Source of the DNA: Rhodosorus marinus CCMP1338
Taxonomy: Eukaryota > Plantae > Rhodophyta
Reading direction: 5' to 3'
Length of the DNA: 64,000 bases
NCBI GenBank assembly: GCA_029953675.1
Contig: JAMWBK010000008.1
Coordinates: 1,488,001-1,552,000, forward strand
Part shown: positions 48,673-63,138 of the stretch, piece after piece
How positions within the stretch are numbered: position 1 is the first letter of the stretch
Layout: every line of letters starts with the position of its first letter
The notes under the pieces: generated by a model
The model's database searches: none
The model's input: the letters and a program-made list of their open reading frames with translations, nothing else
Told to the model about the DNA's origin: nothing
Program-made: the position numbers and the translations under genes

Positions 48673-49205
48673 CGGTTAGCTCAAAGTTTTCGCCGGACAG
48701 GTTGCCGCCTTGCACATTCAGCGTGACTATTACTACAAAGCCTTCCAAAGGATGGTAGCGAGGTACTTCAGTGTACAGGGGTTTCGAAGCAATCCCTCTA
48801 CGTTTCTCCTTAAAAAAAACTGGCTGCAGGACCGAAGATTTTTATTGCACAAGAAGCCCTCGCCAGTTGCCTAGCTTATATTCTTCAGTTGACATCGAGC
48901 GCCCAAGCGACTTGTCGAGTTTCGACAATCCGAATCGTTCGAGAACATGGTTCACAAGCGTTTCAGGTAGCTCAGAGGCTTAGTTTCTCACGAACGGTGT
49001 TCAAATTCTTCCATAGCCATCGCTCGCGCCAGCAGACCAATCGTCGTTCGCAACGCTCGACGATTGGTCCTTGCAACCCGCATCCAATCAACCGCTTCAA
49101 ACAACGACGAATGGAAGCACAAGAGTGAAGAGCCTGCCCAGGCACGGTCGGCATTTGCCTCTTGGCCTTCACGACACAGTTTGGTTTTAATAATGCCTCC
49201 AATTG

Positions 49206-50525
49206 TCACACGAGGAGAACCCAGATGAACATGAAGACCAGAACCGTCGCGAATACTTTGAGAATCAAAGCTCTGTTACTGGTTAAACTGTTATAATATT
49301 GCATTAACTGCATGTGACCAGCCTGCACGTTCATTTGAGCGTCCTCTACGTTGGCGTCGATTCTTTCCACCATCTCGCCCTGTTCAGCCACCATCGTCGC
49401 GAGTTGGTTGAATATTTGACCTAGTTCTACGATCGTGCTTTCCACTTGCTGGACGGCATCAGCCCGTGCTTGCTGGTAGCCTTGATCTGGCCGTGCTTCC
49501 ATCATGGACAGGGAGAGCGCATTGTTTCGCCGCCCAGATGAGCTCCTCTCCGCCGCCCCCAAAGAGTCAGATCCGAGATCAATTGCAACCGAGTCACCGC
49601 TTGGTGCCTTTGGAGCTCCTGGTAACTGTCTCCTTCTGGGCTCTACCGGAGCCATTTTTGGGGACGGCTTCGTCGCACCCAGGAATTGAGACCGCCGATC
49701 CTGTTGAGCATGAAGCGAGTCTGTTCGCGTTTTTAAGACCTGAAAAAGGCACGGAGTGACGTTAGCAAGCTCACTCAACACAACCAACGGTTGCTGCGCT
49801 TTCCTTTTTCCCAGCGAGTGTTCTCACCTCCTTGAAATCTTGCGTCGTGCTCATCAGCTTTGTCTTCAGCTGATTGACGACATTGGATGTGTGATCCGAA
49901 ACTTGCTTGTTAGTGTTGACCTCGCGCATATGAGAAAGCTCATCCAGCTTTCCATTCAAGGTGGCAATGTCTTGCTTCACCATGAAGGTCAAATCCTGAA
50001 TTTCCTCCGTTGGGTCATCAAATAAAGTACGCCTGCGTAAATCGATGAGGATCATTAGAATCCAGAATTTCTACATGGCCTGGAGAGCAGTTGCAATTAC
50101 CTTTGAGCCAAGCTCGTCAGCTTTTCCAATTTCAGTGACGTGTTCCGAATATCCCTACCAATTGACGCAGCGAGCTGAGACCAACAGGAGGAAGCGGAAG
50201 TCAAGAGCACGCGTGTAAGAAGAAGGTCAACCTGACATTAAACGAATCCTCCTAGCATGTCAAATTTTGCCTGCTTCACTCTCACCTTTGAAAAATCGGA
50301 CTTGGCTCTTTGTCTCTTGTTGACGGCCTGGAGTAGGCAGCGAAGTAAGATTGAGGAATCTTTCTCAGTCGGTAGTGAATCCTCGATTTCAAGACGAAGG
50401 AGAATACCGAACAAATAAAGAAGAAGGAATCTTACCAACGCTGATGACGGAGCTTTCGTTGCTCGGACACTTTCAATAATAGACTGGAACTCAGAAGTCC
50501 GGTTCCTGACTGAAACTCCCGGCAT
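49206..50525 (-). CDS. STX5: Golgi Qa-SNARE syntaxin-5 (Sed5/SYP3), multi-exon
   Basis: N-peptide RNRTSEF; TLFDDPTEEIQDLTFMVKQDI; SNARE motif RADAVQQVESTIVELGQIFNQLATMVAEQGEMVERIDAN; C-terminal TM. Confidence 0.97.
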
Positions 50526-53294
50526 CTTTCCAGAGCCGCTATATTCCTCAAAGGGAAATTCAGCCTCACAAAACCCAAACACAGACAGCCAATCTCTAAA
50601 AACAAAGCGAGAGACGCGGCCTCCCCGTCTAATCTCTCACCTGGCAAAAAAAAATCCAGGGAACGACATCTAATACCCCTCCTCCAAGAAAAAGCGTGAT
50701 CAGAAAAAACTAAAGACTCAAAACACTCCCTTCAACCATCCAAAAGCACTAAGTCTTAAACTTATCCTTTCAACATCTCTCTCTCTCTCTCGCACTCTCT
50801 CTCCACACCCTCCCAACCACTTTCGTTTCTCTAATTAAATACCCCCCCACCAGGGTATCATTCGCCACTTAAAAAAATATCGACGTCAGCAATCGCGTTC
50901 CTTTTCATGACAGCAGACACACCTCTCTTTCCCCATCTCTCAGCAAAATAAAAAAAAGAAAAAAAAACGGGGCGGGTGTGACAAAAAAAATTGCCCTCTT
51001 AGTATTTTCTAGTACAACTACTAAATTCGAAAAAAGGCAATAAAATATTTTCCTTTTATTCCTCTACTACCAATAAATCCTTTCTATGGTGGGAAACGGG
51101 CTCGGGGGGGGGCGCTGAGGGGGCAGGAACCATGCCCCCTCCCCACTCCACCCGAAAATTTGTACGCGAACCGAAGATGAGGATTAAAAATAGAGGGATC
51201 TTCCTCGATTTTGGGGCAATTTGGCCTGGGCGGCATGCCCATTAGAAAACTTATTTTGAATATTCATGATATATATAGTCCGAAATTATGTTCGTTATTA
51301 CAACTAACAATAAAATATACCAATATTTATTCGTATTATGAAGAAAAATGGATGTCCTCATTCCTCCAACTCGCCCCCGCGCTGAAAAATGAATTATTAA
51401 ACTGAAATTCATTGACAAGGATAGACCTGATCCAGAGGGCGTTGAAGACGTGCTGAAGGCGACAACTTTACTGGTAGTTTTCTGGAGGTCGGTAACCGTA
51501 ACCTCTCTGGGCAGCTACCTACTGCAGCGCAACACTGATTCTATTACGATCTATGGGGAAAGTTCAGGTTTAACCCGGCTTGCGGGGGTCCACCTACGTT
51601 CAAAAAAAAAAATAACAGGGACCAGTTGAGCTAGGGATTGTCCAACTGGTGCACATGCAGAGCTGCTATCGCAAGCTCCTCGTTCCCTTTACCAATAGTG
51701 TCCTGTGCACCTGAGCTCGCACGTCGCTCTGCTCGTTCGTCTTGGGTCATTCGTCCGGTACGTCCAAAAGCCGCGCTCACCATTGGAATGGACTTCTCGT
51801 GCTGAATTTTCAATAGACATCCTTCCCTTCCTTTGTATGCGCCTGTTAAGAATTTTCTGCGAGTCTCGCTGTGTAGCGGTTCTCGGCCCGGCTCCGGTTC
51901 AGATGCTTCCCCTCAAGGACGAGATTACTGAACACATTCAGGGCAAACCTTTGCAAGGTCTTCCGATGGATGGAAACTGCATCCGGTCGCAGCTGTAGTT
52001 CTCGAACTAGTCTAATCTGGTTTTTGCTTAATGTCTATGGAAGTTCCACCGGTTTAGCCACCGAGCGAGAATGGTGTGGGGGGGGGGGGAAGGGCATGAG
52101 AATATGGACGATCGGATTGGAATCGCCGTTATGGCTAATAGGCCAGGATGGGGCTTGGTGGCCTCAAAGTAGTTGTCGAAATCAGCACCATTCTCCAAGA
52201 GGGGTATTCCGGGTCGAAGCTGCATTACGTGAAGGCTTTAGGGATCAGATCAGATCATAGTGGTCCATGCTCGACCTAGACGCCGCTTAGTAGCGTTTTT
52301 GGATAAATGAAGGTTGTGAAGCGCGTTAACCCTGGGGGGCAGTAGTGCGGGCTCCTTAAAAAGAGGACAGGGGCTCCGAAGAAGCAGTTTTGAAGTACTT
52401 TCATGGAGGTCGAAACGGCGGGTGCCAAGGCGCCAGCTCCACTTTGGACACGTCCCAGAGCTTTCCCCCCAGCAGTTGCTTTGAGTACGAAGGTTCCCCC
52501 CTCTTCGTCCGATTGGAGCGCAATCCACAAGCCCCAGACTTTTGCATGGAGATTGTGTAGTTGCTCACGCGTGAAGGATTCTCAATGACAGTCACGACGA
52601 CTACAGGAGAGCTTTGTGGGGCTCGAGGTCAACTGTCGATCGTTTTCGAGTTGTAAGGAGTCGCATTTCGCTTATCGGAATCGCCTCGGGACACACACAG
52701 ACCTCATCGGAAACCAAGATCGAGAAGCCGTACGCAAGACTGATTGGCTGTGAAATAATCGTTCTCCTCGAGATCAATCTTTACATAACAAATAAGAAAG
52801 CACGCAACACACAAGTAAAGCGTAATCGCAACCCTTCGCCAATCGACCGAGTTGAAGATGCTTTGTACATACAAGCAAGTGAGTAAATTGATCATCAAAC
52901 AACACACCAACAACGCAAATCTCCGTCATCGCCGGTCGCTAATTACAAAAGACAAACCAACATTAGAATGTTATATAGTTAACACGACAGTTAGTACACA
53001 ATTGAAAGCCTCGCTCTCGCCACTCGACTCTCGAAAGTTGTCGTCCTTGCCCTCGAAAGTGGAAAGTACAGGCGCCAAAGTCTCTACCCAGAAAAGTCTG
53101 TCCCGTGCTGGACGATTCCTCTGCCGCCTCCACATCAGTCCACTGTGCGCTTTCGACCCACAGGCCTAGAGTCGTAGAAAGACGCCAGGTTGACTAAGCA
53201 TCACACGCCGGTAGTGGACAGACATGGTCTTGCGAACACGGCCAACAGCACCGTTTCGATGGAGGTTCCCTCAAGACAGCTTTCCAGCTGTTGC

Positions 53295-56200
53295 CTACTC
53301 CTGATGCATCCCGAGAACCTCATCAAATGAAAAACCGAAGACCTTGCTCTCATCCAGCCCGTGCCCTCGCGGGTCTCCGAAGAAGAGCGACATGTCAATG
53401 CCTTGAGAACCTGCGTCAGGTCTCGCACCAGCCTTGTCGTCGTTGATCACTGCTCCAGAATTACTCGTCGGTTCCTGGGTCAACGTCTCTGCCAGAAGCG
53501 ATTCCGAAAACTCGTCTACACGCTCAAATTCTCTAGACATCTGCATGAAGTCGGTGTTCGGTGCTCCCGTCATGCTCGGTACCGAGCTGCTTCCTTTACC
53601 TGAGGAAGACGCCTCCTTGGGCACCTCCTGCTTTTCCGAGCCAGGTTCAAGTGCGAGCTTAGCTAGAGTCACCCCCTCCTCTTGTTCGAAACTCTCTAGA
53701 GTCTGATGCTTCTCAGCCTTCTCCGTGAGAATCGGCAGGACCCGGTTCATGGTGTTGCAGATCACCTTCACCTTCTCGCTCTTGCTGGGGCCGTTCCCGC
53801 GAATCCAGTTCGACACTACCGACTGTGAAACTCCGGTTAGGTTATGGATTGTTCTCTGCGAAATCCACGGAATCTTCTCCGTCAACTGCTTTGTCCGGAT
53901 TCGTGTCTCCACCATTGCATCGGGCTCCGCCGATGAAGCATTGCTGGTTTCTTTCTTCCCCTTCGATCCGGCCGCTGCGCCGGACTGCTCTCTCTGGCTA
54001 GGAGCCTTCTTCAAAGAACTTGCGGTATCCGTTGCGGCGTCCATTGCCGCCCCTGAATCAATGGTATTATCTGTGCTGTTGACGGTCGCCTTCTCCGCTC
54101 CAATAGTGTACTGGGCCCCTAGTTGCGAGAACACGTCAAAGTTTGCTACTTGCTCTTTCCCTCTGCCTTTCGGTTTCGGTTGGCTGTTTTTTCTCTTCAT
54201 TATTCCCAGAATATCGCTGGAAGAATCGCGGTTCTGCGGGGGAGCTGATTCCGGCGTATTCATGCGATTCTGCGCTCCGGCGGGTTCCACCTACGCGTCG
54301 GGGAGGGATCATTCAAGGGGGACAAGTTCAGGATCACAGGTTCTGAAGTTTTGTGCACGCGCTTAGTACAGTACTCACCATTGCAGCAGGGTCACCTACC
54401 GAAGCCCTCTGTTCCGGCACTGGCCCAACCCCGCTGAGAAGCTGCTGAAGGATTCCATCTGCATCGCTGCTTTCCTGCTTTGATATCGAAGCCTTTCTTT
54501 GCAGTGGCCCTGACCCAAAGCCTTTAGCGGCGCCTCCCTTCACCGTTCCCCCAGAGGGCCGTTGCTTCAGCGGACCACCACGCCCCTTCGGAGCGGGCTT
54601 GTCCTGAGACCTCCTCCTACCCTTCGACTCCGAGGTAGGTTTCCCTACTTTCTCGACTGGCTTGGGTTCGTTTTTGCTGGCGAGCTGATCTATATTTGCG
54701 TCTCGCTGAGGCGCTTCCTGTGCAGACTTAATCGTCTGCATCTGCAAGTTCATTGCGTTCATCAGCGACTCGGCATTCGTGCTAGGCTGATCCTTCTGCG
54801 CGCCGCGTGCTCTTCCACGGCTGGACTTATGGAATAAGTCAGCCGGCTGCATGCTCTCGCCCTCGGGAGACCCGCGTTTCTGAGTTTCTGCTCCATCACC
54901 CGATACCATGCCATCAAGCAGGAATCTTAACTGGTCTCCCTGAGCAACGGAAGTAGGCTTTTCCTCCTGTAGCTTGTTTCCAATGCTTGAAGCCACCTGC
55001 TGTGCGCTAGCCGCAGGATTCTGAAACTTCGGACGCTTGGTAGCTGCTGAACCTCCCTGCTGTTTCTGACGGGAATTCCCTTGCGGTTGGGCGTTTTGCT
55101 GCTGCTTCCCTTGTGGCAGCTGCGCAAATCCTTGCCACTGATGTCCGGCTTGTCCTACTGCTCCGACTTGTCCGAGTTGTACAGGTTGTCCAGCTGGTCC
55201 GGGCTGCACCGGCTGTCCAGGAAGTTGTCCCGTCTGTTGCGGCTGTTGTCCTTGCTGTTCCTTTTGCAGCTGTTGTCCCATTTGCTCATGGCGGTGTCGC
55301 TCGAGCTGTCGCTGAATTTCGCCGGAGTATGGTTGTGGATTTTGCGATCGGGGTGTCCTCGGTTGAAGCTGTGAGCCTCCCTTTCCAGCACTCAACATGG
55401 CAGTCGGGTCCGTATGAACCTGCTTTGTTGGCGCGCTTGCTCGCCTGAATTTCAGTGGATCCTGACTCCCATCCGCGGCAGATGCTTGCTGCTGTTTCTG
55501 CCGGCGTCCTCCCCTCTTTTCCGCAACTGGCGTCTCAGGTTTTGCTTTTCCCGTCATCATAGCCGCGAGCTGATCCTGTTCCCATTGCAAAAGTCCACTC
55601 CAAGTTAGTTCAAGTTCCTGCGAAAAGTACAAAGAAGCAAGGCGTACCTCTCGACTCTGTTTCGCCGTTGCTTGCCCCTTGGAAGATTGCTCCGATCCTA
55701 TTGCTTCGGGCTTGTCAAAAATGCTACCAAGGATTGCCATCTCTGATATAGAATTGAACGTCTTCGACTTTCTCAGATCGTCCAGTTGCGATTCTGCTTA
55801 CGCACGGGGCCGAAAAATTTAGACTCTGCAAGCAAGGGCATTGCCGCGTTTTCGCGCTATCATCTACCTTCAGTCTTCTTGCCTCGGCCCGACCCCTCGG
55901 CTGTTTTCCTCTGGCCACCTTTCTGTTGCTTTACTTGCAAACTTCCGTCGCTCTTCATCCGCCGCAGTGTACTGCCGCCCCTCTGACCTTTCTGCTAACG
56001 AATATTGACAAATCGGAATCAGGTTAGAAACCGCACGTTTCTCCAGAATCCTATGTGAGACGCCCAACCTGCTTGACGCCCAAACCATCAATGATGTCCT
56101 GCGCTTTCGCAGATTGCAGTCCCTTCTCCACTGGAGGAGACGCCATCAGCGTTTCTTTCCCTTCCCGGCCGGTAGAGAAGTCCTCCCAATGCGTATTCTT

Positions 56201-57257
56201 CGCCACCTCCGGCTGTTGCCGGGCCGACAGATCGAATTGTGGCAATTGCCTCCCGGAACTAGCCTCCAGAAACTGTTTCAACATCTGCTCTTCATCACTG
56301 CCCATCATATTTTCGCGACTTTGGGTCGTTGCTTGGCTCTGAAGCTGACCAGTTCCCGTCGAATCCGGCATGAGATAATCGCTGAAGTTCACCGGGCCCT
56401 TCTGCATTAGATGCTGTTGTATATTCTGCGCTTGCGACAGACTACGCGCTGATGTCACAGCCGGCGTACGCTGTGGATCGTTAGCCCCGGCGCCTGCTAG
56501 GCCCGCTTGCTTCGGGGTTTCATGCTCCTGTCTCTTAGAACTGGCAGGTCCTTGTGCGTGCAATGCGTCCCCAGTTTGATCCGGCAGCGCTTGTGGTGTG
56601 GTAGCCGAAGCTTGCTTTCCTCCTTTTGGCTTTCGTGTTCCTTTGGTCAAAGTCAGAAAAACGCAGTCGGTTTGAGTGAGAAGTACAGCTCGTTTGGCGT
56701 GAGCAGACCGCTTTCTAGACAGGGATAGACTCGTACCATTTTTTCGGCTTCTAGCAGCGGGCTTCCTAGAACTTCCTCGCCCCTTTGCTTTGCTTCCCGC
56801 AGAGAGTTGAGTACTAGCAGTCGAAATTTCGTCACTATTGTGCGAAGTTTCTGCATGAGTTAGCGCAGCCTGCGGGTGGCTGCTTAGCTGTTGTTGCCTG
56901 CCAATTGACTCCTCATGCGGGACGCTGGCTTGAGCTGGAGTATTTGCGAAAGTGATATTACTGCCGTCTGCGGGAGCCCGCAGAAGTTGTGATAACTGCT
57001 CTGATTCATGGTCTAGGAACGACCAAGACCGCGACCCGGATAGAAATCGAAGTCAGAAGCTAAACGGGTACCAGGATGGTCGAGGAAAGTGAATTCCAGA
57101 CTGAACCCAAGAAAAAAGCTTCGGAGCTAAAGCAAAGAAAGAGAATCTCACCGTTAACAGACCCCAGGAGGACGTCTAAGTTGTCAAACTCCATATCCGC
57201 GTCATCTTGGAAGAAAGAATCCGGCGCGGGTTGCTCTTCAAAACTTCCTGCAATCAT
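53295..57257 (-). CDS. Large low-complexity (Q/G/S/K-rich) protein with a C-terminal Cro/C1-type helix-turn-helix, multi-exon; start uncertain
   Basis: ORFs 57060-57362, an ATG-less frame ~56730-57010, 56051-56650, 54334-55740 and 53295-54290 are separated by GT-AG introns (e.g. GTGAGT..CGTAG near 54291-54380). HTH ISQRTIHNLTGVSQSVVSNWIRG at ~53795-53865. Confidence 0.65.
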
Positions 57258-60200
57258 CTGGGCGGGCTGAAATCCAGAAGATGAAGAAAAGCGTAGTCGG
57301 CGTTCGTCGGCGTAGGAAGATGCGGAAAACCGAGGAGACAAAAACCACAAAGTTAGTTTCAAAGCTCAAAAAGCCGCTCGACAAACTACATAACCAAAAC
57401 CCAACGCATGAGAAATCCGCTCACCCTTTCATGCACAGGTTTCATAATCCAGGTCCTTCAGACCTCTCACATACCCCAACCCAACCCCCCCTTTTTCCAG
57501 CGCCTAAAACTCTGCGGACACACCTTACCTACACATATTATGTGCATGCCATGGTTCCGCTGTCCATTCCTCCCTACGCGGACACGGAAGTGAAGCAACG
57601 CCAACACCTCCCCCAAACTAAATCAACCCCGAAAACCCAAAAGTACTAGGTCCAAACGACCTTCCCTCACCGTACCCGGTCCGCCCCAAACCAAATACCA
57701 AAACGCTTGACACCAAAGTACCTGTCGTCAACCCTCAAACCCTACCCCCCCCCCCCACCAGAAGAAGGAAGAAGCAAAACGCAAGCAGGAAAGTGCACTT
57801 CCCCCGCAAAGGATGAACGAAAAACATAAACAAACACACACACACACGAAAACAAGAATCACAACGCGTGCAGGAGCCCGAAAGGCAGTGATTAACAATA
57901 CTCCTTCATCGGCCTAAAAGACCCACTTTTGTTAGAAACGCTGTCAACATCTTCTCTCCCTTGCCTTTCTCTCTTCATGCCTGCTTTCACCGTCCCTAAC
58001 CAACACACCACCCCAAACCCGCCCAAAATCTAAAAACTGACCCCATCCCACCTCCCAAATTCCAACAGAAAACACCCCAGCATACCATAATCTAACCCCA
58101 GCTAGGGCATATCCACTAAACCTTTCTTAAAAACACATTCTTGCCTCTTCCTTAAAAAGCATAATAAATTTTGAATTCGGCGTGAAAAAAAATTTCGTGG
58201 TGGAAAGGGGGGGGTGGGCGGGGAGGTAGACAACAACAAAATAGCTAAAACTATGCCAAGAGAACTGAGCAAGATTGAAATATCCATCTTATCGGCTTTG
58301 ATCTTCAAGAGCGGTTTTCAGGGGGGGGGGGGAGTATACGTGGAAGTAAGGGTGAATACAGAAATGGACAAATGATGTGGATATACCCCGTCTCTTTAAA
58401 TAGGAAATTTAATGATCGTCCCAACGTGAAAAATGATGAATTGAGGTAGAGAAGGAGGTGTGAAGGAGGGGGGGGGGGTGGTTTGCAAAGAAGAAAACAG
58501 AATGGGCTATTTTGAGCTCGTTTTTGAGGCAAGTTCTTGGGATTAACAAGAAAACCCTGACCCTCCTAAAACAACTAAAATCATCATATGGCGAGGAGAA
58601 ACTACTCTATGGAACCCCCAAAGGTATGCTGACAAATGCGTTCACTCATATACTAGATTATTAAGGAGGGTTTCCCAAAGTGGAAAGAATATATACCCCC
58701 TAAACTACATTGGCATCGTCCGGGGCGAAAGAGGAGGGGGAAGGGGGGGGGTAAGTATCTTTGAGGGCGATCATTTGGACAGCTGTCCATTCATTTATTT
58801 TTATGAAATTCTTTACGGGTATTTATAGATATTGTCCATCGTCTGCACATATGCTTAGAGTTAGGGTAGCTTGCTTAAAATTAGAAGTATGATGTCAGAT
58901 ATGAGGGGGAGAATTACTGGCATATCGGGAATAAATTTTGGTTTTAATCTTGTATTTTAAAAAGAAATACAATATATATCAAAATATCTAGATAAACATG
59001 CTACGAACAAAGTTCCAAAAGCACTGAAATTGTACTTCAAGGTTGAAAAACGTAATAGTTTCACCGTTGCTGTCTATCTGGAAGTTTTTCGCGCAAATTG
59101 CTTATGTTATCACGGTGAATCTCTAGCATCAACGTTTCTTAATTATGTCGTTTGTCCGTTGGCGAATGTACCCAGGGCCTGGGGGAAAAAGAATTGAAAC
59201 CTTCCACAAGCCTGAGGATCAGGGAAAAGGGGAGGGGGTTGGAGCTGAGGATTGGTTGCAATCAAAAAGTTGTTTTCGGTTTATTTTGATTATGTTATTC
59301 TACCTCCAAAGTGACCGTACATGAAGCTATGCCGAACTTACAGGACTGACCATAAATCTTGCAGATCAAACGTCACAACTCTCTGAACCCCACCCCCCCC
59401 CCCCTCCCCCCGGAAAACCGCGTTCTGCGTGCTCAAAGCTACTCCTCCCTATTGTGTCGTTCATCATTGAATAGCACCTTCTTTTCTTAAAAAACAAGGC
59501 TATGTTTACATTTGAGTGAAAATGGCTACCCATCCATAACTCTGGCAAAACACTTTTGTTGTTCTTTCTTCCCCTTTTTTTGGCAACCCCTGACATTCTA
59601 TTGTGTGGAGGCCCTGCCAACCTCCCCCCCCCCCTGCCCCCAAGCCGCCCTGAAAATTACGCAGTCAGGTACTTCGTCCTTGCAAAAAAAAACCGAGAAC
59701 TTTAGAAAGTATTTCAAATAAAATTTATTGGTTAATCCAATCAGGGTGAGATCTTGCCTTAAAATCCCAGCTAAGCCAATTAGAATTGCTTGCTTGTTTT
59801 CTGGTTGTTTTCATGGTAGGATTTGAGCAGATACTTCAAGATTAGGAACCTTAACTCACAAAATTAAGGACCTCTGTCGTCATACTATCTGCTAAAGGGG
59901 TTGGAGAAGGGACGAGAAACAAGAGTTTTTAAAAAAATACTTCGTTTAACCTTTATTTTCCGTGACGAAACAACCCCTCGGAAAGATTCTATTCTGGGTT
60001 GACGGTTTTGGGACGCTCATAGTTTGATGTGGGACACACGGTCACGTCTCATTGAGGCCCCCCCTAGGGAGCAATCTCCGGGATAAGAAGGTTGTAGAGT
60101 ATTGTGCTAGAGCTTTGCTTTGCAGCCAATGCTCACAGTCCGCATCCCAAAATATTCCGTTTGTTCTGAGGGGTACACATGCATGCAGACACCCTCAGGA

Positions 60201-60825
60201 ACAGTTCCTTACTCTTGCGACGCGAAATATTCCAATTCTTCCACGAATTCAAAGGATCCCCGGCGAGGCCGGATCGCGTAGTCGCTGGAAAGTGAGGAGC
60301 GCTCCAGAGTCCCTCCTGAACGATTGGAATGCGACGTTCCACTCCTTGTGTGCTGTTGCATCATATTTTCAGCTTTGAATTCCGCCGCTGTCTGCCACTC
60401 GGAGAATTCACCAAACCCTCGAATTTGTTGGTATCTTAGCCCTCCTTGTACTATATCTTACAAGTGACAGTCGAGGGGTCTCGGACCTCATCCCATCCAG
60501 GTTCCACGTGTTTTTCGCGGAAAGCTTACAAGAATTGGCGCTGCTGAGCATCGCATGAAGTGATCTCAAGCGGTCTTGCAGCCACAACCGCAAGCCCAGT
60601 ACTTGGCATTGCGAGGCGGACACTAGTGCGCACCCGACCAACTCGGTGGGAAGGGAACCTCAAGCCCGGTTGTTACCTACCGCTGTTCCATCGCTCGCGC
60701 GCCATCCTCCAACTTCGTCCTCGGGTAATCATGTTAATACACTGAGCCATCTGGACCGTGTCTCAAACTCGGCAACAACAGAAAGGAACCTCAGATCATT
60801 ACGAAATTTTCTTCGTGCAAGCTGG

Positions 60826-62811
60826 TCAGCTTCCATTCGGCATCTGTGGTGTGCTGGGCTCGATCTGGCTGGGGTTGAAGCACCAGGTCCTAACCACACC
60901 ATCGTATCCTGGAAACAGTCACCAAACTTTTGTTTTCAGTAAATACCAGGCGATACAAACCAAAACTAGACTCGGGGCGTAGATTCTTGAACGGACCACA
61001 GCTGGCAAGCAAACTCTGTTTGGTACTCCACTGAGCGTTGTAGACTGGTCCATCACAGGGCCCCAGCTTTTGAACAACCGATTTTGTGTCTCTGTCCCAA
61101 ATATATACAAAGCCATCCTCGGATCCGCCGATGATCACACTAACGTAGTTCAAAGCAGAGAAGATGGGATAGACGGATTCAGCTACTCAGCAAATGCTAC
61201 GAGCTTTCGTGACGGTCGCAGTGCCTACCTTTCTCTCGGCCCAAAGGAGCTTCTGATAAAGTTCTTGGACGTATTCTGGTGTTCCTTATACCGGCGAATC
61301 GGTTTCCCAAGCGCGAGGTCCCATAGTCTATTAGAGTTGTCCTTAGAGCTCGACAGCAGCATCGACCCAGACGAGTTGAGTTCAACCGAGGTGACCTCTC
61401 CCAGGTGACTGCTGAACGTCTTCACACATAGGCCGGAAAGGACGTCCCAGCACTTGATAGTCGAGTCCTTGCTACCGCTGATAATCAGATTGCCGCGTGG
61501 GTTGAAGATCGCCCTCGACACGGAGGAGTTGTGTCCCTCAAAAGTGCGAACGATTTGACCCGTCCTAATATCGTACAGCTTCAGAGTCTTGTCATATCCA
61601 CCTGTAACGAGGTGGTTTCCACCTGGATGAAAGTATACAGTATAAACGTCACCCTCGTGTCCTTTCAGAATCGCTTCTGGGGTCTGGTTCGATTCCAAGT
61701 TCAACTCAGATCCTTTCCACAGCCTAACCGATCCATCACCACTACAGCTCGCGATCAGCTCTCCTCGTCTTGTAGTCGCAACGTCCCATACTCTAGCCGT
61801 ATGTCCAGTGAGAAACGCCTGATTTTCTCCAGTCTCAGTATCCCAAACGCCCACCGTATTGTCGCTGGATCCGGATACGATGAGCTGTCCTTCCTCCCCA
61901 CAGAATGCTATGCTCTTGATGTTGCCCCGGTGACCACGGAAAGAGTGGCGAAGCGCGTTGGGAAGAACGAAACACTCATAGTCCTCGAGAACTGTGCCTA
62001 TCTTTGGCGGCACCTTTGGATGATATGTCCCGTTCTGAACCTGAAACTGAAACGCCTGCTCGATCAGATCCAGCAGGCGCTTCGGAGGTGTGTTGACGTG
62101 AGCCATGGCTTCGCGGCTTTCAAGGTCGAGGATGTTCGAGAACCGGTCCACCAACGCCTCCCGCGTGGCGCTGACTCCGTTCCAGTTCTGGTACGTTGCG
62201 GCATCATTTACGCTCTTGCAGGTCAGCAGGTAACAGAGGTCCTTGAAGCCGTCGCTCGGGAACGCATAACTCTCCAGAGGCTTGAGCTTCTTCCCAAGAA
62301 GCGACGACGCCTTCTGATACTCCTGTCCGTTGATTAGCTCCAGATACATCTGTTCATATACGCCATAAAGGAAACTCTTCTGGTACCTAAAAGTCTGTTT
62401 TGTACATAGCTTCTCCACTTCTATCCAATCTCCTTCCAAAATCGCCTTCTTCATCTTCCTCAGCTGAGACTTTTGAAGCGCCATATTCTTCATCTTCACG
62501 TTCGCCTCGTCCTGAAGAATCATTGAGCTGCTGGTGTACCCTTCATCCTGAAGATACTGAATGATAATCCGAATGATATCCTCCTTAATCTTCGGATCAT
62601 TTGGGTCAAAGAGGGGCTTCAAGGCCTTCGGCAACACCGCGTCCTTCGCCAGAGCAACGTTCAGCGCCTCCCGCTTCAAAATCGATTCCAGATTCGAAAA
62701 GCTGTGCTCATCATCGTAGATGATCGTGCGAGATCCCATTAAACTACTCCCCTCGCTCGTCTTCTTCGAGAGGTGGCTCCCACCCCTACCAGATTCGAAT
62801 TCCTCATCCAT
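60826..62811 (-). CDS. LisH-CTLH-WD40 repeat protein, 3 exons
   Basis: LisH IIRIIIQYLQDEGY; CTLH KKAILEGDWIEVEKL; WD repeats (GHRGNIK..VWD, GHTARVWD, GHEGDVY..LYD, GHNSSV..CWD). Splicing the last intron gives CGYDGVVRTW...PNGS* ending at 60826. Confidence 0.92.
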
Positions 62812-63138
62812 TGGTACCTCCTACCGACACACTAACCAGCCCAAAAACTCACGCTCTCCTAACCCCGTCCCATCTCACACACCCGCTTCCTCCCTCATGT
62901 CAATAGATCCTTTCCTCGTGAGGACGATGCGCAGCTGAGAAAAGCAAAAAAGGCGCTAGAAAACCAAATCCTTTCCTTCCAAGGTGGAACTGCCACAATG
63001 ACTCCACACTACGTAAGTTTCTCGTTGTCGTTCGCCTTTGAGCAAACCCGATCTCCTTGCGTTCTCACACAGTTCGGATCTGACGGGATCGAAGACTGCA
63101 CTGTGACTACAGGCTGTTTGCTTTAGCCCGAGATCTGC

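Noticed and set aside
50526-50582. N-terminal extension of syntaxin-5 (long isoform)
   Set aside because: The in-frame upstream stretch has no ATG; a non-AUG start cannot be supported from sequence alone.
51600-52900. ORF fragments including LLENGAD (ankyrin-like) and LAPWHPP
   Set aside because: Isolated short motifs in different frames; insufficient for a call.
59173-59652. CAGGGC / GCCCTG possible hAT-like termini
   Set aside because: 6-bp match only, and the flanking 8-mers do not form a TSD.
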